A DNA stretch of 64,000 nucleotides from Antedon mediterranea (taxonomy: Eukaryota > Animalia > Echinodermata): positions 17,812,871 to 17,876,870 of the forward strand of contig NC_092676.1 in NCBI RefSeq assembly GCF_964355755.1, given 5' to 3'. Shown piece by piece: positions 50,457 to 63,345 of the stretch (the stretch's first letter is position 1; every line of letters starts with the position of its first letter). The translations under genes were made by a program, and so were the position numbers. The notes under the pieces are model-generated. The model was not told the origin of the DNA, made no database searches, and saw only the letters and a program-made list of their open reading frames with translations.

Positions 50457-53400
50457 ATGAGGTTAGCTTGTCTACTTGCGTTGTGTGCCATTGTTAATGT
50501 GGTATACATGAAACCAGTTGTTAAAGAGGAAGATTTGAGTGAAGAAGAGGATGAAGATTTGGTAAGTTAAAGAGATGGACTATATACAGTAATGATATTA
50601 CAATGTTGTAAATAACTTTAAAATTATAGTAACCATTCTTGATGTGTGATTATAAAACATAAAAAAACATTCATTGTTACTATATATTGATACTGTAGAC
50701 TTTTTAAAGTATATACATTATTTAAAATAACCTTATGACATTGAATTAGTGTATCCATGTTTTATAAAAAAATGAAACATGCTACTGGCACCAGAGCACC
50801 TTAAATATTCTCAGCCATTCATAACAACCAAATGGCACTAGATAACAATTTTAATATAATTTACATAAATCCTTGTTTATATCTGAAATGTCCGATTACA
50901 CAGTCCCAAATGACCAGTGTGTACGCTGCAAATTTGTTGGGTCAATCTGGTTCAACAAACCACCTCTGAATTAAGACAGAGAATTTAAAACTGATGATGA
51001 ATGCTTATTAACAAAGTTTTTCAAAACAAATCCTTATAATAGAAATCACAATAGTTGGGAATAATGTACTGTGAGCTCACTTTTCCTGTACCCAAGAAGA
51101 CTTTTAAGATCAAACAGCATGGATTTATAGATTATATTGTCCATGCTTCCTTTAGTGAATTAATGTCAACTGGTGAAAGAAAATTAAATGTTCTCATTGC
51201 TGACTGATTGTCATCTTATCTTCAGCTGTTTTTGTATTTCTTTTATCTACAGGATACTGGACTGGAATATGACAAATATTTGCGTCAAGTTATTAACATT
51301 TTAGAAAAAGACCCTGAGATGCGGAAGAAAATGGAATCTAGTAATTTAGAAGATTTAAAAGTAATTCTTTTATTATTTTTATGGTTTATCTAGATCTTAT
51401 ATTTTTATCTAATCACAAACAAAAGCCCTCATGCTTAATGCTTACAGACCAATCGTTGTTTTGATTAACATCCAATCAAACATAAAAGTGATATTTTAAG
51501 TGATCTTCCATCTCGCTCTACAGATTCAATTTCTTATAATTGTGCAGAGATGTTTGTAAGTTAGTGTACTCTATGATTTGTTCATGCTTTTATAATGTTA
51601 TTAAATTTGTTCAAGCTGGGACCTCTGATTACATTATTTTGCAAATGTGTACAGAACAGTTATTAGTTATCCGCTTGGTATACCAAGCGGATAACTCCTT
51701 GTGATTGTATGAGATCAACAGTTTTTTTCTGTATTATTCTTCTTTCCATCCTTCCTTTTTGTGGATCGCGTTTCTCTAAAATGTGTAAACATAACATTTC
51801 TTAACTTTGACAACATATGGGCATTTACGTGAAGTTGTGCACCTCCTATTTTTGAATGACGTCATAGTTACGCAACGTGACTTACGCGCAATTTTATGAA
51901 CTAGATGGTCGTGCCCACAGATGGTTCTCGAATACACAGTAATTTCAGCGTAACAAAACTGGCGATTTCAAATGTACGTACCGCAGGACTATAGGCCTAT
52001 ACATTGTCGTTTACAGAAACGAATAAATTGACACGATGATTTATGTAGTCAACTAAAATTAGCACCCTGGGAATTACTTCCGAAGGAGAAACTTATCACA
52101 AAATGAGTCCAAGTTTTTGATTTGGACTCATTTAAAGAAACCCAATTTGTGTTTTGTATGTAACATTAGGGTTGAGGGATGGGAAAGCGGATAGGTACAA
52201 AGAGGAACAATTTTTAAATATATTCTTTATCCACTCAGTAACGAAATATTTTTTTCATGTTTTATAGGCCTATAAATAATATACCTCTAAATACAGTAAA
52301 ACATTTGCGATTTAATACTTTTTTTATTTTATTTATTTATTTATTTATTTTAAATATTCATTGTACACTAATTTTCCCCGTGTATGGCAAGAGATTCCTA
52401 ATTATATTAGAGAACATTCTTTATTTAGTTTAGTTAAAACTGTCACTGTCATAATCGATTGAAATATTAAAGTACCATGTCACGATACACCACTACGACG
52501 TTTATATTTGGTAATTATTAATTAATACAAACGTTGAGAAAGAACTGTCAGTATAAAGTTTATTTGTATATAATAATGTGTTTATATATCTAACAGTAGA
52601 GCCTATCCACAATCTCGCAAGTTTATTCTCAAAGGGCCCATATATTTACCTACCGTATGTGTTAAACCAAGGGCTCATAAATTTACCTACAGTACTTGTG
52701 TTAAACCAAACTCTGGCAGACTGAGAGATTGGGATGTTCCATTCATCGCAAATCAATAGATTTGTATAATCGTATATTAAATCTATCAAAATAGTATTTT
52801 TTAAAGAAAATCGGCCTGTCTTCAACATTATGATGGTGTACTCTAGCTGTTCAACCGGTTTTCAGCTATTAAAAACAATTATCGTAGGAGGAGATAGGAA
52901 AATGCGAAGCCTCCTCGCATTTTTGTGGCGGGTATTTTTCAAGACGGACATCCATTATACAGTGTATACCACGGTTGGAAAACACCCCTATTTGGGGCAA
53001 ATCTTGGAACCTAAATTCGTTTTAACCGTCAATAACTTATTATCTAACTTAATTTAATTAGTAAACAGGGTTACATCAGGTGGTTAAAATCAGTACCGAA
53101 AGTACGAACCAACTTTATATACCATCGAGTAAAAATTATAGAAGTAAGGCACGATTTACCGAATTTTGCCCTTACGTAAATTTATATATAGATTTCAATG
53201 ATTGATCATAGATTAAAAACTAAAAGTCATTTAGTATTGACACTTTGACAAAATTTAAGTCATATCAGGGGCAAACTTTCTACGGATTAAAAATGGCATG
53301 TTTCACAAGAAGTTACGCGCGCACGCGCATTTAAAATTTCAAAATGCGCAAAATTAATTTCTAATCAACTTTTTATGCGTTTCTTGTCATTTTGAGCATG

Positions 53401-56400
53401 TCAAAAATTCCCACGGGCGCGCAATTTTTTACGCACGCGGTGCGCACGTAGCGTTAAAAACATATTTTTTTCTCTTGAATTATATTTTTCAAGCCTTTCC
53501 TAGTAATTTTGAAAACAATTTAGACCTTTTCCAATTTAAATAACGCCATACGAACACGTTGAATTAAACATTTCATGCGCGTTTTTTATGAAAAAGCTTA
53601 AAAAATCATCAAAATTTTGTCTTTTTTTAAACAGTCATAGTTTCTAAAGTAAACCGTGAACCGTTTATTTTTATTACAAAATCTAGAAGTTGATGAGTTG
53701 TAGATAACGGATCATGCATCGATAAGGCTAAAAAAACATTGTGACGTCATCGTATGGCCACACGAATGTAAAATATAGGATTTTTGTCTCTTTCGTTATT
53801 GCTCATCACATTCAATGGAGCGCATCACGCTTATCTGTATTCCTTTTTCTCCTACATTTATATATTGTGTAGGTCAATCAACTTTCTTTAGCATGAGATA
53901 AAAATATTTTAATTTTTATGACGTCATCATGCCTAAAAATTTCAATTACGTGGGTCATTAATTTCATCTTTACAGTAAATTTTATTCTGTAATAGCTCGT
54001 AAGAATAAAATGTGATAATCACGATTAAAACGTTTTCTGGAAGCTATTGGATTGTAGATACGAATTCATGTAAACATTTTGCCAATCGGATGTTGTGACG
54101 TCATCATATGGCCAGTTGAATAAAAAAAGTCGTATTTTCATATTTTGCGTAATAGTTCATCACATTTAAAAGGGTGCGCATCTATATTTTACGTATTCAA
54201 ATTTCTTCTACACGTTAATATGTTGTTCCCAAGATAATTTCCTTCTGAAATTGCTATCTAAGTGTTTCATTTTGATACCGTCGCCATGTTAAAAATTGGA
54301 ATAAATGGCGGGTCCCGTAATTTCACCTATTCTCTACACTGTATGTAATATGTATACAGATTATACTGTAGTGTTTGCATGTATATACTATATGACATAA
54401 AATTGACAGAATTCAGCACTAACAGCATATCATATTCTTCAGTTCTTGTCATAATGCCATAATCTTTATCTGTGTGCAATATTCCAACGTATGACGTGCA
54501 CGTGGCGTTTATCGTGGTGCGGATAACTAACTCGTCAAACTGACGAGTTTCATGTCTAGTTAATTTATTTTATTCAGTTCACAACCAACAGCGATAAAAC
54601 CGCCACTAACAGGTTGAATCTAAACATAATAAACTATAATAATTAATTCAAATAAGCAACAATAACATAAACAAAGATTGAAACATTATAGAAATTTATC
54701 AATTTTACCCTTAAATACATTTAAACTATCATAAAATAAATCAATATCCAAACAAGTAACAAGCAGACTATTAAATGTGTTAGGTAATCGCTGAAAAGTA
54801 CCTCGTTTTGTTGTCACGTCAAGGAATTGGTGCAATGCTTGTACAGTAGGTATAGGTTATAATGATGTGTTAAGCACTACATTTTCTACCATGCTATACA
54901 ATTACGTTTAGCTAAGGTACATCATACATTGTGTTATTTATTATTGTACAGAGTGGCAAGCTTTCTTTAGAGTTAGATCAAATGCCAGGTCACTTCCGCA
55001 GTAAACTTGATGAACTTAAACGTATGGAAGTACAGCGACTAAGACTCGTTGCTAAGCAAATGATGGATCAAAAACAAGGTATGTTCTATTCTCTCCTGTG
55101 TTACAATTCAGGTTGACAAATCTCAGGTCTGTACACTGGTTGAGATGAGATATGGGGCGGGGGGTTACAAGACTCATTCTCTTTCAGTAATTCCATTTAC
55201 TGTATTTCTTTTTCTATGAAAACTTTCATTTCTGACCCAGTATAAAGTCCGGTATGCAGGATGCAACCTTTACAGCCTCGAAATTGCTGGTTTTACAATT
55301 AAATAGAATTTTGTGACGTGTAGTGTTATTGTTAAGCTACAAAAGAAAACAAGCACATGAGAAATAACATTATCTAATATTAATAACTATCCATTATATT
55401 GGTATTGGTCTAGTGCAATTCTGAGAAATGGTGTGTCCCATGGATTGGTTAAACCAAATAGGAGGTACATTACACCTTCTCTGTCAATTCTTTGGTCAGG
55501 CCAAAAAGTGTATTAAACCCATTTCAGTATGTTTAAACAATTATATTTATTTGTTCATTACTTATTTATTTGTTTATTATTTGTTTGCTTTATTCATGCG
55601 GTACAGTATTGTTAGTCATTTTACCAGATTTACTTACTTTATGCAATTATTAATTTATGTTTTTTATAATTTTAAGTTAAAGGATTCATAGATATTTTAA
55701 AAAAAGGTTTGTCATACGATATTACTGTACATTAGTTCTCCCCGATCCTTTTCTGTTTATTTCCTTTAAAATATTCTTTACCATATATTGGTATTTTAAT
55801 TTTGGTGAATTTGATTTTATAACTTATATTAGAAAATTTTATTTTTAATTTTCTAACTCTTTTTTAAATACTATATATATATATATATTATCTTTTCTAC
55901 TTTTTTCATATAAAATTGACGAACAATGGCATTTTTTAAAGCACAGACTTTCAAATATGTTTTTTCAATCAATTTAATATTTTCTTTCTATGGAACTTAT
56001 AAAACTTAATTTTTTATTTATTAAATTATTTATTATTATTTCATACAACATGCACAAAGGACGCCCTGTTGGCAACATTCAAAACCTAATCGGCCATGTG
56101 GATATTAACGCCCGTGATAATTTTAGTATACAAGACTTCCAAAAATTGATTTTAAAGGTATCGGTGTAAACTGTGTGGTACCAGATTGCACACATATATC
56201 ATCATTAATGTGACCATTGATAGTACAGAACACTCTCTATAATTCAAGATTAGTCATTCAATTAGAAAATTTAAATTATTTTTTGTTAAACATCATTTGT
56301 TGGTTAGGCACATATTCCCTGTTTTTTTGCACAGTACTGTACACACAAAGCAAGTTACGAACCCTTCAGTTATATATTCTTATCCAGGAAAAGGTTGAGG

Positions 56401-59400
56401 AGTGCCTTGAACTTGTGCTGATATAATATGGCTATGGTTTGCGGCATCTCTTTGGCAGCTACAGTAGTACCTAGGAAATCAGGTCATCATAAATCCTAGA
56501 TAGATCATATCTTAAACCAACAAACACATAACAAACACATTATTAATTTTGTAATTGAAAAAGATATGGCCATATGTAGTACTGCTATATCTCCATCTTT
56601 CGACTTAGTCTTTTTAGTCAAGCTTCTTTGCATGCTCTCAACATGACGTCACCTGATCATTGAAAAATTAAAACGACCTTGTAAACATTTAAATTTAATT
56701 AATAAATTGAAGTAAGAAGTTCAATTACCTTCCATATTTAAGCTGACCTTGAATTGAGAAGTGTCCTGTACTATTTAGTTGTAACTACCATGCTAGTTGT
56801 TTTTTAATTGTTGAATGCATTTAAACACATTTCCATTTAAATTTTCTATAAAATTCAGAAAACTTTATTTATATTTTTCAAATTTTTTTACAAGTCCTTC
56901 TTTACTATTTCACTTAAAGAAATAAAACTCACAATTTATGCTGTGAATCAGAATAGCTGTTTTTAAAATTAATAAAGTAAGGTTTGTGGTACACCATGTG
57001 ATCAAGTAAAGATGAGAATGTCCTTTAGAGTGAAAGTTGAGGCAAATATAAGCAACCACATTGTTCATTACTAAACATAGACTGGCAGGTGTGAACTGAT
57101 CGATTTTACTTTTAGCTAATTTTTTTATAACTATTTTGTACTTTTTGGTCTAGTATGAATTAACAAGCCTGGTTTGCCTTGGTTCACACAATGCCAGCCT
57201 AGCAATGACCAATACATTGGGTTATGCTTGCTTACACTTGCCTCAAATTTACTTTCTAGTATTATATTCCAGAAGTGTAACAATTGTGTAAAATTCTCTA
57301 TTTTAAAAGCCACGGTATACCATAAGTCTTACTTTACTAGTTTTCTTCACCATGCAAACCTTTAATTTTTTTAGAAAAATAAACAAAATGTCATCAAAAT
57401 TGTATTATAATCATCTGTGGATCGTTCATTCACACTGTGTTGTATTTGATATTTGCATGCATGTGTTATGTTCTTGTTAATGTAGGCATCCCAGGATCCA
57501 ATCCTAAAGAACTTTTTGAGAATCTTGTTGGACATGTAGACCCTAAAAGTCCTGACACTTTCAACGAAAAAGATCTTACAAATTTACTACGAAAGGTAAA
57601 CATTTTTGCAAAAATGCATCATATATTATTTGTTTCACAAAGATTTCTGCCAAATAATTAACATTGTAGACCCGGTTAGATCAAGACACAACTTTGCTCC
57701 GATTACTAGCTGCATTATGAGATTGAGAGTTTGATCCAAAAAAACAAATGACAGGGTAATAATGTGAAGCGCTTAGAAGAATTGTGCAGTAAGCGCTATA
57801 TAAAAACGAATATTATTATTTAACAAATTCCCTGAAGCATTAATTGTGACAAAAAGGAATGTAACGATATATTTTGTGGTTTCCCTGTTATACTGTACTG
57901 TATGCATGAAATTCATACATATTGTGTTTATCATTGAATGTGATATAATTTATAAGTTTTAACTGAGACAAAATTTGGACTTAAGAATGCAGGCATCACT
58001 TTTGAAAGATGTACTTTGACCTTTGACCTGCATAGGCATTCAAAGGATTTCCATTTTACAAGAGGCATGTTCGAACAAAGTGCTCTCATTTACATCATAA
58101 TGTGTTTTGGGAATTTAAAGTTAATTTTCTGTTTTATAATAATAATTTTGTATTCAGGCAACGAAAGATTTAGATGCTGCAGATAAGAAAAGACGAGAAG
58201 AATTTAAAAACTATGAAATGGAAAAAGAAATTCAGAGACGAGAACAACTAAAGAAATTAGACGAACAGCAACGTGAGGCTGCTGAAAAGGAATTCCAAGA
58301 AAAGAAGAAGAAAGCCAAAGAACATGACAAAATTAAGCATCCAGTAAAATACTTTTATTTTTGATAAATTCTTCCATTAAGACCACTAAAGGCCCATTTA
58401 CACGAGGACAATAACGATCGACAAAATTGTAATTATTTGTAACTACTGTGGAGTAGTTTTCTTCCATTAAGACCACTAAAGGCCCATTTACACGAGGACA
58501 ATAACGATCGACAAAATTGTAATTATTTGTAACTACTGTGGAGTAGTTTTCTTCCATTAAGACCACTAAAGGCCCATTTACACGAGGACAATAACGATCG
58601 ACAAAATTGTAATTATTTGTAACTACTGTGGAGCAGCTTTCTTCCATTAAGACCACTAAAGGCCCATTTACACGAGGACAATAACGATCGACAAAATTGT
58701 AATTATTTGTAACTACTGTGGAGTAGCTTTCTTCCATTAAGACCACTAAAGGCCCATTTACACGAGGACAATAACGATCGACAAAATTGTAATTGTTTGT
58801 AACTACTGTGGAGTAGCTTTGTGTCAGGGTGTTGAGTAAATTGTCAGATGTTTTGCCCTACTCTGACGTAATTTGTACTTCAAACGATCGACAATAAATA
58901 GATGAAAAAAAATGCGTTTTTCTTACATAAAACAAAAGAAATCTAAACATTGTTCATCCTAGAACTATAGCATAACCATCTATGCTGCCTTTGGTGGAAA
59001 TAATGTTTGAACACGTCCAATCAAGTGACGTCATGTGATACAATGATTTTATTGTTCTTATTGATCATGATGTAATTTGATTGGATTTTCAAAGATATTA
59101 ATTCCTTCAAAGACACAGTAAATGGTTGAATTGAATTGAAATTTATATTTATACTGGGTAACCTCTTCAGTCTAAGACTGGTCTCCCAGAGGGCCCAGTT
59201 GGTGATCAGTGGCTGTGATGTACTAATACACCGGGGTAACCCCCTACTCGTCTCGAAAGATGTACTAGGTTCTTTAAAGTGCACACGAGCTAGATGTGTA
59301 CACTGGACCTACGGTTTATAGTCCTTATCCGAGAAGACTCGTTCTACCACCAGAACCATGGAGTGAGTGAGCCTCGAACCCCTGCCGATGTTTTGGCTAC

Positions 59401-62400
59401 GTAATTACGGTTCCACTGTCTTAACCGCTCGGCCACTCACTCACTCACTATCCTGAAAACTTTTCTAATTACTTTTATTTTTTGTAAGAAAAATGTATGT
59501 TTAACTATTTATCGTCAGTCGTTAAATGGCCCTTGACTGATTACAGCTCACTTGAATGATCTTGGTGTTGATGTAAATATGCTCAAATTAAGGACTTGTA
59601 AAAACCACATCCTGATCTTTTACCACACACAGACTGTATTTAACGTTTAATAAAGGACTACAATATATTGTACTACACTAATATAGCCTCTGTTTTCTCT
59701 TGGTCAATGCTATTAATGGCGTGGGCTTAACATCATACAGTACCACTACTTCAGGAAATTACCAATAGTATGTAAATTAGATATTGTAAATTTATTTGTA
59801 GGTATAACAAACACTGAAGCATTTTAAACAATTATCTTCAACTGAATAAATTTAATTAAAAATAAATGTGGTATATAGTAATTTTTTTCTTTGTACTAGG
59901 TACACCAACACAGGTGTTGTTAACAATGAATTGTTTTAAATTGTGTTTTCAGGGTAGCAAGGCGCAACTTGAAGAAGTATGGGAGGAAACAGATCACCTT
60001 GACAAGGAAGATTTTAACCCAAAGACGTTTTTTGCCTTGCATGATACTAATGGTGACGGCAACCTTGATCCATTTGAATTAGAAGCCTTATTTATTAAAG
60101 AGGTAGAGTAGAATGTATAACAAATCTATTGCTTGTTTAATTTTTAAATGTATCCATTCCTTTTTATGTGATGCAATTGTCGTTCACAACAAGCCCGCAG
60201 TATTCTAGTACTAGTGATGTTAATTGTTAAGCTAACAATCCCACAAACTAAACAAAAGACATTTGCGAACCGCTCGTTTTCGTTGCTGAAACAAGAATCT
60301 ACAACAATTTGCCAAGTTACACTAAACATTTGAATGACTATCATTAGTTTAAAGACTTTTTATTGTAACCAATGTTATGACAGTAAAGAGTATCACGGTG
60401 CTGACGTCACGACGGTAGGTGGCGCTGCGTGGTTGCTAGCGCAACCAAAAATGCGTTCAGCCTGCCTGAGTGACGCCAAGATCACCAATGGTTTGGAATA
60501 GGCTTATTGAAGTAGTCATTTAAAACTTCATAATTTTCAATAAAAACAAACTAAAATTTTAAAAGATCACTAAATATTTGTTTTTAATAATCTATTCTTC
60601 AGCTACAGTTTAAGTTTAAAAAAATCAAGCTAAGATACATAATTTGATAGAAATACAGATCTTTACTGTTTATCATCATAGTAGCGCTGATCGCATTTTT
60701 TGGTTGGCTAGCAACCATGCAGCGCCCTTTATTGTTGTGATGTCACACCGTGATACTCTATGTGAAGTGCCGCTGATTAAGCTTACCATAGAAATGGGTG
60801 CTATATAAGTTTTAATGTATAATGAAAAAATTATTTTAAAAAATAATAATTTAAAAAAATAAAAGATATGTACATATTACATACATTAAAGGAATTTGTT
60901 GACTATTTATCGAAACAAAAACAATTACATTTGTTTAGGTTGAAAAAATATACCAAGAATCGAATGCTGATCCTAAAGAGAAGTTTGAGGAACTGGCCAG
61001 GATGAGGGAACATGTTCTGCGTGAGGTACAGTAATTCCTCTTACTCTCAAGCCTAATCATTGTTTATTCAAAAAACCTCTAACAATCGAGAGAAAAAAAA
61101 CAAATACATTTAATATTAAGAGTAGCTCCTAGTTTATTTTTATTGTACTTATATAATAAACTGTATTTGAACATGGTTATGAAGTATGTTGACCATATTC
61201 TTTTCAGATTGACACGGATAAAAATAAATTGGTGAGCAGGGAAGAGTTCATGAAAGCTACTGATGAGAGCGAGTTTGACAATGACGATGGATGGGAGGTA
61301 AGCAGTTGATAAATTGTTGTCGATTATGTAGAAGTATATGTATATATATGTTTATTTGATTATTTTTATACATACCCAGCTGCTACATATTCTGTACTGT
61401 ATTTCCACATATAGCATTTTATGTACAGTATCATAGACTTCTGTAAAACAGTGTCATTTATGTATTACATGTTACGCATGTATCTTAGGCCATAAGCCTA
61501 CCATTTTACAGCTGCCACATGTGATACATATGTGACACAGTACTGCAACATTTGCCTATGATATTGAACACATAGATTCAATACCAACTTATTTTGGACA
61601 AGTGTTTAATTATCATAAACTATCTCCTCCCCGTAACTTTTTTGTTTGGGGAGGGGTGTTCTGGAATGACATGCTAAAAAATTGTATGGTGTCTCTAGAT
61701 TAATTCACTTTATGTGAAAATGGAAACAAAAAATAATAATTGTTTTAAAGTTTTGTTTTAAGTTTTTATTATTTTTTATTTGATATTAAATTCAAGGATG
61801 TGTTACAGGTAAGAAATTATAGAATAAAATATTAAATCTGAAATTCAATTTATAATTTTATTTCTTCAATGACTTTTTTAACCTTTATTCCCATCTACAA
61901 TTTTTTTTAATATTTTTTTTTTTACTTTATATGCTTTTGGTTCTAGTATTTTATTAGTTGGGTATAGAATTTAAATACATTTTTTTTTATATTTCCAAAC
62001 ATAAAGTCTTACAAGAATTCCTAATTGCTTACTAGACCTATTAGTTAAAATTAACTTTTTTGGAGAGGTTAACATTTATTTATAATGCTTTTTAATCATG
62101 ATAAGTCTTACAAGAATTGCTTCCTAGGCCTATATTAGTTTACCTTAACTATTTTAACACCTACTCAGTCAAATGTGTATTGAACTTCTTTGGGGAGGTT
62201 AAAATTTAGTTATAATGTGTGAGTTTTAAAGTTTTTAAGTATCTAGGGACAAACAAGAGGAACTATATGTTTTAACCCAGCCAACCCCTATTCAGAGAAA
62301 ATATTTCTATTTATTGTTTTAGGATTTTATTTATAATACACACTGTATTTTTTTTTTTCGTTTGGCTAATAAATGATGGTTTAGTTTAGATTGTTTAGAA

Positions 62401-63345
62401 ATTATTGATTGATGGATTTTATTTTGTAGGACCTACAACAGGAGGATATGTTTGAGGAGGAAGAATTGGAAGGTTATGAAAAGAAAATGCAGGAACGTGA
62501 ATTAAAGCGACAACAGCAACGAGAAGAGTTTGAAGCGCACAAAGATAAAATAAGAGAGGAACAGGAAAACTTAGCAAAAAATAATCAAGTAAATGAACCA
62601 GTTGCTATGGACCAGGTAAATAACAATACATCGCTTTGTTTATAAAGATTAACATAGCTAGTATTCTACTCAGTACTCTAGGGTTCATAATTATCATGGA
62701 AATTTGTTGCAATCGAAAATTGAGATCAATAATAGGAAAACCCATACAGAGAAATACAAAGTGGTCCTCATAGTAAGCCAGGGGTGTACCTAAAAAAGTG
62801 TGAGGATACGAGGGTGTAGACAAGTTAATAATGGATGGGGAAAACCCAGAGGTTTCTTGAGTTGATGCTGTGCTTAAACTAAGCTGGTTGGAAGGTTTAA
62901 AATATTAAGGTCTAGGCTTGATAGAAGATGGTGAAGGTCAGTGTTTGCACCCACCTACATCCACTTATGTTGTCAAATTTTGAGAAATTATTTCTGAAAT
63001 GTATATTGACAAGTTGAAAACCTATCGCATTCATACATAAGGATAGATCCAAAACTGATTTAGTGATTAGGGTGGGTGACCATTGATTTACAAAATAGAC
63101 ACAATCTTTGAATATGACACTAGGTAAAACAAGTCAATTGGATACACTAGCCATGTCTATGAATGACTAAGACACAGTATTGTTGGAAAAGACTCATGAA
63201 ATAGTTTTTCCAGCATATACACTTACTATTTTGTATTGATCTATTTTTTATGTAGGCAGCTGCAGAGAAGAAACTAACAGACATTCAACAAGGCAGTGAT
63301 AAACTTCAATTTGACCCAGCTGCTAATCAGGTTGAAAAAAATCAG
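50457..63345 (+). CDS. NUCB2: Nucleobindin (NUCB1/NUCB2, calnuc / nesfatin precursor); last exon probably beyond the window
   Basis: Exons: 50457-50561 (signal peptide [18 protein letters not shown]), 51253-51360 ([18 protein letters not shown]), 54952-55078 ([18 protein letters not shown]), 57486-57595 or 56060-56157, 58158-58343, 59953-60102 ([16 protein letters not shown]-hand [12 protein letters not shown]), 60939-61025 (RMREHV), 61208-61297 (EF-hand [13 protein letters not shown]), 62430-62615, 63256-63345. All phases consistent. Likely co-orthologous to NUCB1 and NUCB2, so the symbol is nominal. Confidence 0.92.
51660..54559 (+). mobile_element. Helentron/DINE-like element family B, copy 2 (interrupted by a Helitron)
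   Basis: 5' palindrome gttatccgcttggtataccaagcggataac; 3' gcggataac, hairpin ctcgtca-aac-tgacgag, then CTAG|T. The body is the reverse complement of 9990-11609. Confidence 0.8.
51901..53192 (-). mobile_element. Non-autonomous Helitron, copy 2
   Basis: Colinear with 18775-20061 and has the same TC..CTAG ends at an A|T site. The terminal hairpin is deleted and there is an extra ~110-bp insert at ~52321-52432. Confidence 0.85.
56060..56157 (+). CDS. NUCB2: Candidate alternative nucleobindin exon 4a (paralog of exon 4b)
   Basis: aag|GA..AAG|gtatcg, phase 1 to 0, encodes [33 protein letters not shown] with no stop. Confidence 0.7.
57486..57595 (+). CDS. NUCB2: Nucleobindin exon 4b
   Basis: tag|GC..AAG|gtaaac, phase 1 to 0, encodes [37 protein letters not shown]. 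Confidence 0.85.
58371..58820. repeat. 5 x 90-bp near-perfect tandem repeat
   Basis: Units start at 58371, 58461, 58551, 58641 and 58731 (cttccattaagaccactaaaggcccatttacacgagg..) and differ by only 1-2 substitutions. Confidence 0.95.
59125..59442 (-). mobile_element. Full-length tRNA-derived SINE with a Deu/Nin-like central domain
   Basis: Pol III A box TGGCCGAGCGG (59435-59425), B box GGTTCGAGGC (59380-59371), core tcggataaggactataaaccgtaggtcc..aaagaacc..gagtagggggttaccccggtgt, and (TTCAA)n tail. Confidence 0.75.
60387..60759. mobile_element. MITE with ~65-bp imperfect TIRs, superfamily unassigned
   Basis: agagtatcacggtg..ggcgctgcgtggttgctagc vs gctagcaaccatgcagcgcc..caccgtgatactct. Confidence 0.75.

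Noticed and set aside
58333-58820. CRISPR-like array, or the 137-aa repetitive ORF on the minus strand
   Set aside because: Units are contiguous with no unique spacers, there are no cas genes, and it lies in a eukaryotic intron. The ORF is open only because the 90-bp unit lacks a stop in that frame.
59358-59442. tRNA gene on the minus strand
   Set aside because: A and B boxes and an acceptor-like stem are present, but the anticodon arm does not pair and the sequence continues into a multi-copy SINE body.
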